From Hypanus sabinus (Eukaryota): DNA of 64,000 nt. The notes beneath the pieces are model-generated. The model was given only the letters and a program-made list of their open reading frames with translations. It was not told the DNA's origin and ran no database searches. Shown here one piece after another: positions 62,610 through 64,000 of this stretch (within the stretch, counting starts at the first letter, position 1; each line of letters begins with the position of its first letter). Where the stretch lies: the NCBI RefSeq assembly GCF_030144855.1, contig NC_082722.1, positions 57,412,001-57,476,000 of the forward strand, given 5' to 3'. A program made the position numbers and the translations under genes.

Positions 62610-64000
62610 TATTTTAATTGGTTTTTTTATGCATTTTCTACAACACGACAGATAAGAAAAAAACCCCAAACCAAAATAAAAAATAATACAGTGCAAAAAT
62701 AAACATACAATAATATAATACAAAAAAGATAATTGAGAAAGCACCCAAATTGAAGTCATGTAAAGTTAGTATCCTCCCCAAGCCCCACAACAAAAAAAAC
62801 TCCAGACCAACCACAACACAATATAGAGAATATAAATCAGGACATTCAAACCCCCAAAACTGTAAATACACTTGAAAACAGAAGATAATAATGCCTTCTA
62901 CCAAAAAAAAAGAGCTGAAAGTAAGGTACTGAAAAAAACCTTAATTAAGAGGAAGGTTATGAAAGTACTCAATAAATGGTTCCCAGACCTTATGCAACTT
63001 TATATCCGAATTAAGAATTGAATAATTAATGTTTTTAAGGTCTAAACAGGACATAATATCATTAAGCCATTGAGCATGCGTGGGTGGGGCAACATCTCTC
63101 CATCTAAGGAGGATTAAACGTCTAGCCAGGAGAGAAGCAAAAGATAATATTCGACACTTAGTCGAACTCAAACGTAAATCTGTCTCATCCAAAAAACCAA
63201 ACAGAGCAGTTAAAGGGTTAGGTTCTAAGTGGTGATTCCGAATACAGGATAAAGTTATAAAAATATCTTTCCAAAATTTCTCTAAGCCAGGACAGGACCA
63301 ATACCTATGAATAAGAGAAGCCTCGCCCCTTTTGCATTTGTCACAAAGAGGACTAATATCAGGGTAAAATCGAGATAATTTAGATTTAGACATATGGGCT
63401 CTATGAACAATCAAACTGTAAAAGGCAATGGTGAGCACAAAGAGAGGTTGAATTAACCAATTTGAGAATAGAGTCCCAAATCTCATCAGATAAAGAAATC
63501 ATGCTCCGAAGCCATTCTAATTTTATCCACAGGGGAATGCTGTAAGAATGCTAATTTATCACGAATAAATGATATTAAACCTTTACCCAGTGGATTAATA
63601 GAAAGAAATAAATCCATTACATTTTTCTTGGGCATTTCAGGGAAGTTAGGAATTAAAGGATTAATAAAGTGTCTAATTTTGAGATATCTAAAAAAATGGG
63701 CATTAGGCAGATTGAACAGCAGAGAGTTGTTGAAAAGATGCGAGGCGATTATCGATAAAAAGATCTTCAAAATGTCTAATGCCCTTCCTATACCAATCAT
63801 AGAATGTTGAATCATACATAGTAGGTAAAAAAAAAGGTGATTATGTAAGATAGGACTAGAAAGGGAAAAACCATAAAATTTCCGAAACAGCCCATATTCG
63901 CAAAGTGTGTCTAACAGGAGGATTAACAATTAGTCTAGACAAACTACTAGGGAGTACAGAGCCAAGAAGTGCAGAAATAGATAAATCTTTAGTGGAACTC
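62610..64000 (-). mobile_element. L1/Tx1-type LINE ORF2 C-terminus and 3' UTR (runs off the window)
   Basis: ORF 62941-63486 with IVHRAH, CDKCKRGEASLIHRYWSC zinc finger, ARRLILLRW; frameshifted upstream piece FFRYLKIRHF. Confidence 0.85.

Overview
Vertebrate genomic DNA, most likely from a cartilaginous fish (ray/skate-like repeat landscape; this is an inference). Two spliced protein-coding genes lie in tandem on the + strand. The first is the last 13 coding exons of PKD1L2 (polycystin-1-like 2; 1383..34064), an uninterrupted frame of about 726 aa ending at TGA 34062-34064. The second is the complete 5-exon GCSH gene (glycine cleavage H protein; 38961..60380, 165 aa, lipoyl-lysine motif ESVKAAS) with a CpG-island promoter. 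The PKD1L2->GCSH order matches human 16q23. The supplied ORF track is mostly noise or TE fragments, so exons were rebuilt by hand from GT-AG sites and phase. Introns are packed with CR1 LINEs, Rex1/Babar-like and RTE fragments, an L1/Tx1 3' end, tRNA-derived V-SINEs, old Deu-domain SINEs, hAT-Charlie MITEs and many Penelope-like element (PLE) termini. The most notable non-standard signal is the PLE termini. They carry a minimal type I hammerhead-ribozyme motif and repeatedly occur as short (about 150-300 bp) fold-back insertions, some with target-site duplications, whose truncation or inversion points cluster at the ribozyme. No new protein-coding system could be supported.
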